Assembly: GCA_009995545.1 (NCBI GenBank)
Contig: JAACPI010000008.1
Coordinates: 1 to 52,885 of the forward strand
Reading direction: 5' to 3'
DNA length: 52,885 bases
Source: a bacterium
Lineage (GTDB): Bacteria > Patescibacteriota > WWE3 > 2-01-FULL-39-13 > JAACPI01
Positions within the stretch are counted from its first letter, which is position 1. Each line of letters begins with the position of its first letter. Below the pieces are notes generated by a model that saw only the letters and a program-made list of their open reading frames with translations, had not been told where the DNA came from and did not search any database. The translations under genes were made by a program, and so were the position numbers. Shown in pieces: positions 10,070 through 19,631 of this stretch.

Positions 10070-10149
10070 TAGGGCTTTTACACACAATTCTACTTTTTTA
10101 ATTTTACTGGCTTGTTTTACTTAAGGTAAATCTTCAATAGAATTATCCC

Positions 10150-11331
10150 ATGCATTTATTAAACTTTTACCAAAGGCATGGTTTATATAAACTCTCTTCA
10201 CACCCAGATTTAAACCATTTTGAGTTTTCTGTGTGGCTTCACACAATTGCCCGGTCTTTGGTTTCGGTTTTTATACCTATTTTTATGCTTAAAATAGGGT
10301 ATTCAATTCAAAACGTTCTTTTGTACTACCTTTTATATAACATACTCGATGTACCCTTAAATTTTATAGCCCATTTTTTAGTTAAAAAGTTTGGGGCTAA
10401 AAAGATAATGATACTTGGAACGGTATTTACAATAGGCTACTTTTTTATACTAAATGGCCTGGGGCCAAACAATTTTGGTACTTTAATTCTGTTAGCAATC
10501 TTTGCTGCTATTTACGACACTAGTTATTGGGTTTCACATATCTATATTTTTTATGAGGCCAACTTAAAAGAGCACCTGGACTCCGGTAGATCAGTAGGTT
10601 CTCTACAGGTAATAAGAAGACTTGGGGAGTTACTCGGCCCGGGTGTCGGTGCTTTAATTCTTATATTCTTTGACGAAAGCTTGTTAATTTACGCAAGCAT
10701 TTTTATATTTTTACTTTCGATTATTCCGCTTTTTAAACTTAAGCACGTGAATGATATCCCAAAAAAATCAAAGCAGTCTTTTTTAAAGTTTTTTTCGACA
10801 CCTGGGTTTAAAAAGAGCTATTTTTCTAAAGGGTTTTGGGGCATGCAATCTAGTATAGAGTCTATAATTTGGCCCCTGTTTATATATACACTGTATGGAA
10901 CCGTTGGTTCCGTTGCCCTTATACCCATAATTGCCTCTTTAAGTACATTGTTTTTTGCCAAGTTAATTGGAAATTTTTCGGGTAAGTATGCCGAAAAAAT
11001 GATTTTAGTAGGTTGTGCTTTTGTTTTTGTTGTTTGGTCGTTAAGGCTAAATATTGCAAACCCAATTTTTTATTACATGTCCACCTTGTTAGTAGGTATT
11101 TTCTCCTTATTTGTAGATATACCCTTGGATAATTACATGATAGGTATAAGCAAGAACAGTGATACGCTAACTTCTTCCACATACAGAAATGCTTTTGCTA
11201 TGGTTGGTAATATACCCTTGTTCTTGGTTTTGTACTTTAGCACCTACGTTTTTGAAACGGGTTACTACATAGCTATTTTTAGCGTTTTAGTGGTATTTAT
11301 GCTGGGTAAATTGCTTAAATATAAGTTTTAA
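10150..11331 (+). CDS. MFS transporter
   Basis: About 12 TM segments in two halves, KKFGAKK loop motif. Confidence 0.8.
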   Translation: MHLLNFYQRHGLYKLSSHPDLNHFEFSVWLHTIARSLVSVFIPIFMLKIGYSIQNVLLYYLLYNILDVPLNFIAHFLVKKFGAKKIMILGTVFTIGYFFILNGLGPNNFGTLILLAIFAAIYDTSYWVSHIYIFYEANLKEHLDSGRSVGSLQVIRRLGELLGPGVGALILIFFDESLLIYASIFIFLLSIIPLFKLKHVNDIPKKSKQSFLKFFSTPGFKKSYFSKGFWGMQSSIESIIWPLFIYTLYGTVGSVALIPIIASLSTLFFAKLIGNFSGKYAEKMILVGCAFVFVVWSLRLNIANPIFYYMSTLLVGIFSLFVDIPLDNYMIGISKNSDTLTSSTYRNAFAMVGNIPLFLVLYFSTYVFETGYYIAIFSVLVVFMLGKLLKYKF

Positions 11332-11450
11332 ATTGTATTTAGCACCCTAGCTTCAGACCTTTCTCCAATATCGTATTTTACCGAGGAAGTTAAAAGTTTA
11401 TCGTGTTAGTGTATTTTAGGTATAGTCCAACCTTCTGAAGCTTAGATTAT

Positions 11451-11999
11451 TTATTGTATTAGAACTTTTTGTGTTTTATCTACTTCAATTGGTCTTTTCG
11501 TACTAACTATTAAGTGGGGCACTCCACAGGCATACATCGCATTCGTTTTTGTAAAACTGCTCGAGTTGGTCCAATCTTTAAAAAAAGAGGGGTAAGTGCC
11601 TTTGTACTTTAGAATTTGTTTTTCCAGTGCCTCAAGGTTAGAACCTTTCTCTTTGAACAATACTTTTAGTATATTGTGAATTATTTTGTAGATGACTTTG
11701 CAGTATCTTTGGTGGGACCAAAAATTATTTCTTAAAAATACGTCCAAGGGTGACTCTGCAATTCTCCACCTATGAATATTTTCTAGGTTCTTTAAATCAA
11801 CCGTGTGGCAGTATAGGTATCTGCTATTGTACGCGTGTTTTTCTGGCCAATTAGACTTGGAAATAACTTCTGTGGGGATTTTATCAATCATGAAAGAAAT
11901 CTCGTCTAACCTATTAAAATCTTGGCCACCGTCACTTCTCTGAAGCTTTATTGTTAGTATTTCTTTCCTTGGTTTCGAGGAGTAGTGATATATCCGCAT
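11451..11999 (-). CDS. Hypothetical protein, phage-like, possible ADP-ribosyltransferase-like fold
   Basis: 182-aa ORF with IYHYS, EISF and YACGVPHL. TGATATAAT lies 7 nt before the ATG. Confidence 0.6.
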   Translation of the reverse strand: MRIYHYSSKPRKEILTIKLQRSDGGQDFNRLDEISFMIDKIPTEVISKSNWPEKHAYNSRYLYCHTVDLKNLENIHRWRIAESPLDVFLRNNFWSHQRYCKVIYKIIHNILKVLFKEKGSNLEALEKQILKYKGTYPSFFKDWTNSSSFTKTNAMYACGVPHLIVSTKRPIEVDKTQKVLIQ

Positions 12000-12185
12000 C
12001 AGAATAATTATATCATTACGAACAGTTCATTCGCCTTGTTGTTTTGCCAATTTATTTTTTACCCCCAATTTTTATTTGTCTTTACCTTTTTTTATTTTAG
12101 TTTATTAGAAAGTTACTATTCATAGTCAGTTGTATTATTGTCCCGTGTCAAGTTGTATAAGGAATATTATTAGACCGGTAGACAG

Positions 12186-12397
12186 TTTATTTTTTCTTTC
12201 CTTATTTATAAGGAATAAAGAGTACAAATTTTTTTTAAGTTTTGCTGTTGTGGAGGCCAATACTCTGTTTTAATTGTGTTAGCTGCTGACACAATTTATG
12301 CTTAACTTTATAGGTATATTTTTAAGTACCCTTCTCCTTATCCCCCCTATATTTATAGTGAGGAATTTTATTCTTTTCTTATTTATAAGAATAAAGA
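12186..12397. repeat. Two related palindromic repeat copies in a long intergenic region
   Basis: TTCCTTAT-TT-ATAAGGAATAAAGA near 12198 and TTCTTAT-TT-ATAAGAATAAAGA near 12376, with similar left flanks. Confidence 0.65.
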
Positions 12398-12568
12398 AAC
12401 TAATATTAAAAATTATATTGCCTTTGTAGTAATCTTAATTAATTTTTGACGGCCATAGGTAGGTGTGGTGTTCTCATTTGTTGCTTTATCCTTGAATTTG
12501 TACTTAGTGGGGTACTTGTAGATTAAAAAAAGTTCTCTTCGAAAGTTTTTAAATAGTACTGAAGGGTT

Positions 12569-15500
12569 CTACAAAAGTGTATTCTGTTTATATTGTAATT
12601 TAGGAATTCCGTTGGGCCAGCAGTGTCTTTGGTAATCGCAATTGCCGCAAATTAAGTAGTCTGTAGTTCTTTCAAATTTTAATTCCCTAATGTCTTTCAT
12701 TGTTTGTATAATTACTTCCTTTAACTCTTTTACCTCTTCTTCGGTTATTATAAAAACTTCTTTTTTATACTTTCCCGTGTCGTTAGGTTCTACAAAATCT
12801 AGTTCAAATTGTTCTGCTTTGTATTTAAAAGTTTTGTCTAAATCACAAAGTAGTTTGTAAAAAACTAGTTGTCTTTTGTACCCCCCGTCGCTGTATTTAG
12901 TTTTCCCTTCTATTTCATTTTTACTTTTTGGTTTACCTGTTTTGTAATCTATTACTTTTACATAGGTTTGTCCGTCTTCTTTTTTTAATTGTTCTATTCG
13001 GTCCACTTTTCCAACAATAGGGGTGTCTCCGACATAAATTTTTGCAAATCCGTATCCGAATAATCTTTCTAAGTATTCTGGGTTTTTAAACTCCTTTGAA
13101 TAGTGCTTATGGTAATTCGCTAAAACACTTTTACCTTTTTTAATTAATGCTTCTCGTTCTGATTCTGTTAAAACCTCTTTTTCTAAGGCCTTTAGGTAAC
13201 TGCTGACTAACATTTGACTATCTGGCAGTGTGTCTTCCTCTAAATACTCATTGTAAAATTCCTCAAGCGCCTTGTGTACTGCTGTTCCAAAGCTTAAATA
13301 AATAGTTTTAGCACGTGGGGTTCTAAGTAAGTTATTTAATTTAAATTTATACCCACATTCTAAGTACGTGTTTAATGCCGTTACCGATAAATTTATGTCT
13401 TTAACAATTTCATCTAAATATTCTTTTTCATCGTTTTGCATTTGGTGATCTTTTACAAACGATAACTGAGTTTTTAGAGATGTGTTTACAAATTCTTTAG
13501 TTTCAATTTTTGCAGTATCTATCCCAGTAACAAATTCTTTAGGTAGCTCCAATAAAAACATACTTGCTTCCATTTGCCTTACACCCCAAGGGGTTTGGTA
13601 TTCATTTGATCTTGAAATATAAACACTTTGCTTGGCTCTCGTTAAGGCTACATAAAATAATCTACGTTCGTCCTCGTTAGGGTCAGAATCTGTTTCTTCG
13701 CCTACCTTAGTTTTGGAATTACTCGCAATTAAATCTGGTAGTTTTATAAGTTCCCGTGTGGGGTTATTACCCCACTTTTTATCATTAAAGGCGTAAATAA
13801 ATACGTGCTTAAATTCTAATCCCTTACTTTTATGCGCAGTAGAAAGGGTGACGGTGTTTTTTGCTATATCTAAATCTTTTTCGTATATACCAATATTGTT
13901 TTGCTCCATTAAAGTTAACCCCTCTAGTAAATCTTTTATTTGGGCTTTGTTGTTAGCTATAACTAACCTTTGAACTTCGTTATATAAAGTATTTATTTTA
14001 TTTATTTCTTCTACGCTATCTTTTTGCGATAACATATACTGCAGGTAACCGCTTTCTTCTAATACTTTTTCAAAGGTTCTGGTAATGGGGTTTTCGGCGT
14101 CAAAATTTTGCCACTCTACAATTGTTTGTTTTATAAAAGTTGAATATTTAGTTGGGTTTGTTAGCCCACTCTTTTTTTCAAAATCATCTTCTAAAATTAC
14201 TTGTTCTATAGATTTTCTCTTTGTAGAAGCATATTTTGCTAGTTTTAAATTTTCTAAATAATCAAAACCCAAATAGTTGTAACTTAAAATAGTAAATAGG
14301 TCTAAATTTTCTGTATTACTTTTTGAATATTCAATAACTTTTAGTAAATCCAAAAACTTTGCTATGTGTGGGCTTTTTAAAATGTTTTGTCCGCCCTCTA
14401 AATTGTAAAAAATACCAAGTTTACTGAATATTTCTGCTAACTCGTTACTATCAGAATTGTGCCTAAAAAGTACGGCTATTTCACTTGGGTCTTCGCCGTT
14501 ATCAATAAGTTTTTTTACTTGTGTTGCAATGTAATAATTTTCTATAAGGCCATTGCTAAAGGTGGAAGTTTGGATTTTGCTTGCCTGCACAGGCAGGGAT
14601 GTTGAAGTTTGAGTTTGAGATACTAATGCCTTATCAATACCTTTAACAAATTTTTCAATAGATTGTTGGTTATTACTTATAACATTTCTACTGGCATCTA
14701 AAATTAACTGAGTTGAACGATAATTGTTTTTTAAAGTTATTAACGTAGAGCCTACAAAGTCTTTTTGAAAATCTAGCATGTTAGCAACACTCGCACCCTG
14801 AAATCTGTAAATGGATTGATCGTCGTCTCCTACTACAAACACGTCGGCATCTTGGCCCCAGAAACTAGTTAAGTTTTTAATTATTGAATACTGTGCATTA
14901 TTTGTATCTTGAAACTCATCTACTAAAATATATTGAAACTTTTCTTGATATTTTTGAGCGAGTTCTTCTTCATTTTCTAACTTTTCGTTCACGTAGTTAA
15001 TCATATCTTCAAAGTCGTACAGCCCCAGTTCTTTTATTTTTACCTCGTAATGTTCATATAAAATTGATAGTTCTATTTGTTTTTTAAAATCTTTTATCTG
15101 CTTTTTTTCCTCATATGTTGTTTTTTCTTTATTTTCTAAATCGGTTGTTAACTGCTCGTTATTAACTATTAATTTTTCAAACTTGTTTAATGTAACGCCT
15201 TCTCTTTTTAAATCTTTTATTGCGCTAATAATTGAATTTACGTAAAAGTATTTGCTATTAGTTGGTTTTAAAAGTTCAATTTGTTTTTGTTCGTCTAAAA
15301 TTTGCTCAAAAATTTGTAATCGTTCTAAATCTCCAATAACTCTGGCATTTTCGTTAAAGTAAAAAAAGTCGGGATTATCGTTAATTACTGAACTTGCAAA
15401 TGAATGGAAGGTAGTAATGTTTACATAGTAGGCTTGCTTACCAATAATACTGGCTAGCCTTTCCCTCATTGCTTTTGCACCTGTTTCGGTAAAAGTAATA

Positions 15501-15691
15501 GCTAAAATACTTCCTGGGTCGGCATCGGTTTTTTGTAAAATGTTGGCAATACGCAGGGTTAAAATTTGAGTTTTTCCAGTTCCCGGACCTGCAACCACCA
15601 TTACTGGGCCGTTAAGGGTATCTACTGCCGCCTTTTGTGCTTGGTTTAATTGTTTGTAAAGTTTGTTAAATGTTTTTGAAGTATCAACCAT
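12569..15691 (-). CDS. UvrD/PcrA-family helicase with a C-terminal PD-(D/E)xK nuclease (AdnB/AddA-like)
   Basis: LNQAQ, AGPGTGKT, LVDEFQD, VGDDDQSIYRFQGA, NNYRS, STAHKSKGLEF, ERRLFYVALTRA. Nuclease G-x-VDRI...IDYKTG...QLVFY and four Cys (LEC...CGNC...C). Confidence 0.93.
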   Translation of the reverse strand: MVDTSKTFNKLYKQLNQAQKAAVDTLNGPVMVVAGPGTGKTQILTLRIANILQKTDADPGSILAITFTETGAKAMRERLASIIGKQAYYVNITTFHSFASSVINDNPDFFYFNENARVIGDLERLQIFEQILDEQKQIELLKPTNSKYFYVNSIISAIKDLKREGVTLNKFEKLIVNNEQLTTDLENKEKTTYEEKKQIKDFKKQIELSILYEHYEVKIKELGLYDFEDMINYVNEKLENEEELAQKYQEKFQYILVDEFQDTNNAQYSIIKNLTSFWGQDADVFVVGDDDQSIYRFQGASVANMLDFQKDFVGSTLITLKNNYRSTQLILDASRNVISNNQQSIEKFVKGIDKALVSQTQTSTSLPVQASKIQTSTFSNGLIENYYIATQVKKLIDNGEDPSEIAVLFRHNSDSNELAEIFSKLGIFYNLEGGQNILKSPHIAKFLDLLKVIEYSKSNTENLDLFTILSYNYLGFDYLENLKLAKYASTKRKSIEQVILEDDFEKKSGLTNPTKYSTFIKQTIVEWQNFDAENPITRTFEKVLEESGYLQYMLSQKDSVEEINKINTLYNEVQRLVIANNKAQIKDLLEGLTLMEQNNIGIYEKDLDIAKNTVTLSTAHKSKGLEFKHVFIYAFNDKKWGNNPTRELIKLPDLIASNSKTKVGEETDSDPNEDERRLFYVALTRAKQSVYISRSNEYQTPWGVRQMEASMFLLELPKEFVTGIDTAKIETKEFVNTSLKTQLSFVKDHQMQNDEKEYLDEIVKDINLSVTALNTYLECGYKFKLNNLLRTPRAKTIYLSFGTAVHKALEEFYNEYLEEDTLPDSQMLVSSYLKALEKEVLTESEREALIKKGKSVLANYHKHYSKEFKNPEYLERLFGYGFAKIYVGDTPIVGKVDRIEQLKKEDGQTYVKVIDYKTGKPKSKNEIEGKTKYSDGGYKRQLVFYKLLCDLDKTFKYKAEQFELDFVEPNDTGKYKKEVFIITEEEVKELKEVIIQTMKDIRELKFERTTDYLICGNCDYQRHCWPNGIPKLQYKQNTLL

Positions 15692-15751
15692 TGTTTATAT
15701 AGTATAACGTTTTTTGGGTTTTTGTTTGAGTGGGTAAGGGATTTTAAGGGT

Positions 15752-15809
15752 CGAGCGCTGGGCACAGATATGGTGGCTTTTTGCCAACTCACATACTGTG
15801 CCCAGCTCT
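15752..15809. terminator. Long GC-rich imperfect hairpin after the island's last gene
   Basis: GCTGGGCACAG pairs with CTGTGCCCAGC, with inner TATG/CATA and TGGC/GCCA. No clear U tract. Confidence 0.55.
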
Positions 15810-15819
15810 CATTCAGTGC

Positions 15820-17658
15820 TTACTGCGTTTCTTCAACTTCCGTCTCTGTCTCCGGTTCAGGTTCGGGTTCGAGTTCGGGAGTGGGTTGTACTTGTCCACC
15901 AAACTCAAACATCGGCTCGCCGATGATATAAATTTTGATGGAGTAGAGCCAATTCTCTTGAGACCCCTTGTTAACGGTCACAGAAACCTCTTGACCAACT
16001 TGGACGTAGGAACCTGCATCATCCGAGGTGGGTGTAAGGATATACCATGCACCGCCTGACGTATCGTCAACACGGATCTGGAATCGATCTTCCCATACAG
16101 ATTTGTGTGTGACAGTACCCTCGATCTGCAATGTGTTGGTCTGACCAGACAGTGTTGGGTCGTCCGAACGATCGTTGCTGATTGCCTGCTGCAGCTGCCG
16201 GTAGGCATCCTCTAGGTTGGAGGCAACGATAACCGCACTTTCGTTGTTTGCATCTTTGACGCGGACAAAGGATACTCCCGAGTAAGCCCCTGAGGACTCC
16301 CCATTGTTGCCACCACGCCCATTCAGGATGCCGTAGTATACGGGCTCCCCGAAGATGTTTTGGATTTCGACCTGTTCCGGCTCAAAACCTTCCGTGGATA
16401 GGCGCTTGCTGGCGGTGTCCATCAGATCGTCAATCGCGGAGATGTTCTTCAGGCCCGATTCACTGACGTCATACCGTAGCGATTCACCCGTTTTGGGGTT
16501 GACATATACGATCTCTGTGACCGTACTATCGTTTCCCTTGCTTGTGAAGGTTACTTGCCACCACAGTTCATCATCTCCTGCGAAGACGTCATTTACTTTG
16601 TCAACGTCGCGACGGCCGGCCGAATTCCACAGGCTGCAGATTGCTTCTGCGGCGTGAAATTCTCCCCACCAATTCGCATAGTCGCGGATGATATCACGGG
16701 TCCAGATGATGTCGATCCACTCTGGTACCTCTTCAAGTTCGTAGTAGGTTATGTCACCAGTTTGCGGGTCTATAACGGCTGTTCCGACAACTTCGTTTCC
16801 TGTGTAGCCAACCACGTGCTTTAGTCCTGTGGCGGTGTAGAAAGGCTGCCAGTTGTCATCGACTTCCAGCGTGCCCAGGTCCTCCCAAATCATCCCACTG
16901 TTTACTACCCAGTTGAGATAAAAGTACCTGTCTAGCTCGAACTCGTAGAACATACGCGGGCTGTCCACATATTTCATGGCATAGCCTCCACGGAACTCAG
17001 CCTCAGCATCTTTGTTTAGAGCGTCTACGACCAAGTATCCCGGTACGACACCACCTCGGTTCAGGAATCCCCTCCATTGACCATCTCGGATCTTCAGGTC
17101 GACGATGTAATAGGGATGTTTGTTAACCAGTTGAAGGTGTGCTGTCCCAATCTCCAAGTAGCTTCCCATGTCGCTAGGCATCTTGTCTTTTGCCTTTGCC
17201 ACAGCGTTTTCTGGGGTAACTCTTAGAAGACTGTCCAGATCTGTGTCATGGAACTCTTGTGAGGCACCCACAACTTTCCAAATGTCGGCTTTGCCGCGAA
17301 TTTGGGAGTCTACACACATGACCGGAGGTACGATGGCCAAGTTGCCCACCAGAAGTACTGCACCAAAAGCAAGGGTAATTCCCCAAGCCTTGGCATTAGC
17401 ACCAGAATCCGACCCGTAGGCGGTGACTGCTGATGCAACAACTAGTGCTGTTGCTCCTAGTAGTACATAACCTCCCGTTGTGTCTGCCCAGTGAGTGAAG
17501 TAAGGCTGTCCTATGAATATTATCAACAGACTTACCACGAATGTTATCAGCCCAGAGAATATTGCAGCCGGGGCCGCAAAATTTTCACGCGCGGATAGGT
17601 TACAAACCGCACCGAATATGGCTGAAACTGCTCCTGCTACTACCGCATAGATAAACAT
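15820..17658 (-). CDS. Membrane-anchored hypothetical protein (about 4 N-terminal TMs, large soluble domain, acidic PE/TE tail)
   Basis: 612-aa ORF with SD AGGAGG, visibly more GC-rich than the flanking genes. Confidence 0.85.
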   Translation of the reverse strand: MFIYAVVAGAVSAIFGAVCNLSARENFAAPAAIFSGLITFVVSLLIIFIGQPYFTHWADTTGGYVLLGATALVVASAVTAYGSDSGANAKAWGITLAFGAVLLVGNLAIVPPVMCVDSQIRGKADIWKVVGASQEFHDTDLDSLLRVTPENAVAKAKDKMPSDMGSYLEIGTAHLQLVNKHPYYIVDLKIRDGQWRGFLNRGGVVPGYLVVDALNKDAEAEFRGGYAMKYVDSPRMFYEFELDRYFYLNWVVNSGMIWEDLGTLEVDDNWQPFYTATGLKHVVGYTGNEVVGTAVIDPQTGDITYYELEEVPEWIDIIWTRDIIRDYANWWGEFHAAEAICSLWNSAGRRDVDKVNDVFAGDDELWWQVTFTSKGNDSTVTEIVYVNPKTGESLRYDVSESGLKNISAIDDLMDTASKRLSTEGFEPEQVEIQNIFGEPVYYGILNGRGGNNGESSGAYSGVSFVRVKDANNESAVIVASNLEDAYRQLQQAISNDRSDDPTLSGQTNTLQIEGTVTHKSVWEDRFQIRVDDTSGGAWYILTPTSDDAGSYVQVGQEVSVTVNKGSQENWLYSIKIYIIGEPMFEFGGQVQPTPELEPEPEPETETEVEETQ

Positions 17659-17666
17659 TTTTCCTC

Positions 17667-18428
17667 CTAGTAACTGAGTGAAAGGTTGGGATTGGGTAAG
17701 ATAATAGTGTTCAACTCTTGTTGTACTACTGACACTTCCCTGAACTGAACCTCAGAAAGCATTGCCTCCCAAAGTCGACCGGAAGTGTCGAACAAAAAGA
17801 CCTTCTCGGGTCTGGATTCAACGGTGAATGGCTGTAGTAAATTGAGATTGTAGATTTTACCCTCAACCTCGAACGTTACGGCCGTCCCTTCTGGTGACGC
17901 TGCTTCAATTATAAAGGGTTTTGATCTCGCCCAGGTTGACCCTTCGATGTTGAAGGTTATCCCTAAGGAAGAGTACTTAGACCCCCCATTTTTGAGCACT
18001 GCCCAGTTTACAACACTTTCTTTCTCTCTTAACTCCCTTGCCTCCTCTTGGCTAAGCCAATCAAAAACGTCAATTGCGCGAATCTTCTTGGGTTCTGGAG
18101 TTGATGTTGGTGCTATTGTGGGGACTGCGTCTTGCAAAGCTGGGTTTGCCAGCTCTGGCCGACCTCCCACATAAAACAGGGCCCCAATCAGCATGGTAAT
18201 AATCATGAGGAAAATCCCCGCGTTTACAGCCACAAAGAATGGGACAAAGAGTTTTTTAACACCTTCAAATCCTACCGGTACGCTTACCTGAGTTTTCGGT
18301 CTGTCTGGGGTTTTTAATCCCTCAAAGCCCTTTTTTCTCAGGTCTCGTAGATCGTTTTTGCTCCTCAACCACCAGTACTTTACCAGTAGTCTTAAAGCAA
18401 TGACGATCTTTTGTCGTAAGTTCAACAT
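17667..18428 (-). CDS. Hypothetical single-TM protein
   Basis: SD GAGGAG precedes ATG at 18428. Central hydrophobic segment then a PTIAPTSTPEP linker. Confidence 0.8.
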   Translation of the reverse strand: MLNLRQKIVIALRLLVKYWWLRSKNDLRDLRKKGFEGLKTPDRPKTQVSVPVGFEGVKKLFVPFFVAVNAGIFLMIITMLIGALFYVGGRPELANPALQDAVPTIAPTSTPEPKKIRAIDVFDWLSQEEARELREKESVVNWAVLKNGGSKYSSLGITFNIEGSTWARSKPFIIEAASPEGTAVTFEVEGKIYNLNLLQPFTVESRPEKVFLFDTSGRLWEAMLSEVQFREVSVVQQELNTIILPNPNLSLSY

Positions 18429-18556
18429 TAGGCTCTCCTCTCTATTCGAATAGACTTGCATTTTGCACTGAATTTTAAATGTTCAACTTTCAACCAGGTG
18501 GTTAAAAGTCCATATAGATTTTTAAAGTGATTAAAAACCTATATAAATACATATCA

Positions 18557-18585
18557 ATTATACCATTTTACCGTATAAGTAACAA
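18557..18585 (-). promoter_or_regulatory. Sigma-70 promoter for island operon 2
   Basis: TTGTTA-17 nt-TATAAT with an extended TG on the minus strand. Confidence 0.6.
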
Positions 18586-18744
18586 TACTATAGGGTTAAG
18601 GTATATTTAACCTTAGGGTAATTAAACCATGCAACAAAAATAAGTATTTAATACTTCAAATACTATAGAATACGCATGAAATGGTATGTCATGTGTGTAC
18701 TATAAGACTTAATATAAATATTATTTTTTTGATATAATACTTCT

Positions 18745-18800
18745 AAGGGGGTTTGTAGACTTGTGATTTTGCGGTCAGCTAAGTTTTCTACAAACCCCCT
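18745..18800. terminator. Long hairpin after island operon 1
   Basis: AGGGGGTTTGTAGA pairs with TCTACAAACCCCCT. Confidence 0.65.
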
Positions 18801-18814
18801 CGTTTTTGCCGGTG

Positions 18815-19186
18815 CTACTGATCAACTTCGACCAGTATTTTTGGGACGCATACATGAATTTCACCCTCGCTTTCACAGTAAAAGGTGACATCATTAAATG
18901 GCCCAATTCCAACCGCAGATACCAGTTTTTCTCCTTTTTCAAAAAAGAGTTCCTCGCTAGTACCTTCTTTACTACACTCGTAGTACTTGTTTTCTACTTG
19001 GCAGTAGAAGTGTAGTACGGTAGAGTATCTTCCTGTAGCTGCAACTGCAACCACGTTTCCTGTAGGCGGGTTTGTGTCCACTAAACTTGTAGATACAGCT
19101 CCTCCAAACAGGAACAGGAGTTTTAGAAACATATACAGTGTAAAGATACCCAGGAATGTACTGATCCCGCTATTCTTGTGAGACAT
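18815..19186 (-). CDS. Hypothetical membrane-anchored Cys-containing protein
   Basis: SD AAGGA, N-terminal TM, 4 Cys in the soluble part. Confidence 0.75.
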   Translation of the reverse strand: MSHKNSGISTFLGIFTLYMFLKLLFLFGGAVSTSLVDTNPPTGNVVAVAATGRYSTVLHFYCQVENKYYECSKEGTSEELFFEKGEKLVSAVGIGPFNDVTFYCESEGEIHVCVPKILVEVDQ

Positions 19187-19197
19187 TGTTTTTTCCT

Positions 19198-19374
19198 TTA
19201 CTTAGAACGGGGGCCGTTGGAGTGAAGAACTCCCCAGCACTTGGAACACGAATACGTTACAAAGTATGTGAAACCTCCTCCGTACATGGTTTTCACCACC
19301 GAGGTGAGTTCCTCTTTGCAATGAGGGCACTTGGGATGTGGTCCCTGGCCCTTCGGTCGTAGTAGGTTTGTCAT
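19198..19374 (-). CDS. Small zinc-ribbon protein
   Basis: CPHC...CSKC. SD AAGGGGA precedes ATG at 19374. Confidence 0.7.
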   Translation of the reverse strand: MTNLLRPKGQGPHPKCPHCKEELTSVVKTMYGGGFTYFVTYSCSKCWGVLHSNGPRSK

Positions 19375-19385
19375 CTTTCTCCCCT

Positions 19386-19631
19386 TTACTTGCACCAAAC
19401 ACCCGAAAATCCGTAGAACTCTCCGCCAAAGGCTTTAGTTATAAAATACCCATAACAGGGGCCTTCTACTCCTGGTGGAGAGTTTACCGGTACCCATTTC
19501 AACTGAGTTTGTTCCTCTACAGTGCTTGTAGTCGGGCCAAACTTTTGTGAATCTAGAGTTTGGGCTGGTGCAGGTGCACAAGCTCCAAACAAAAACAAAG
19601 CCAGTACTAGTGCACCAATTAAGCTTTTCAC
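19386..19631 (-). CDS. Small predicted lipoprotein (81 aa)
   Basis: SD AAGGAG then GTG at 19631. MKSLIGALVLALFLFGA-C signal peptide with lipobox. Confidence 0.75.
   Translation of the reverse strand: MKSLIGALVLALFLFGACAPAPAQTLDSQKFGPTTSTVEEQTQLKWVPVNSPPGVEGPCYGYFITKAFGGEFYGFSGVWCK

Noticed and set aside
12000-12568. CRISPR array, oriC or dif site
   Set aside because: Only two imperfect copies about 178 bp apart, no cas genes, no TTATCCACA cluster and no dif consensus.
15722-18317. Multiple short overlapping ORFs within the island genes
   Set aside because: Shadow frames expected in more GC-rich coding DNA. They lack RBS support and overlap the long SD-led genes.
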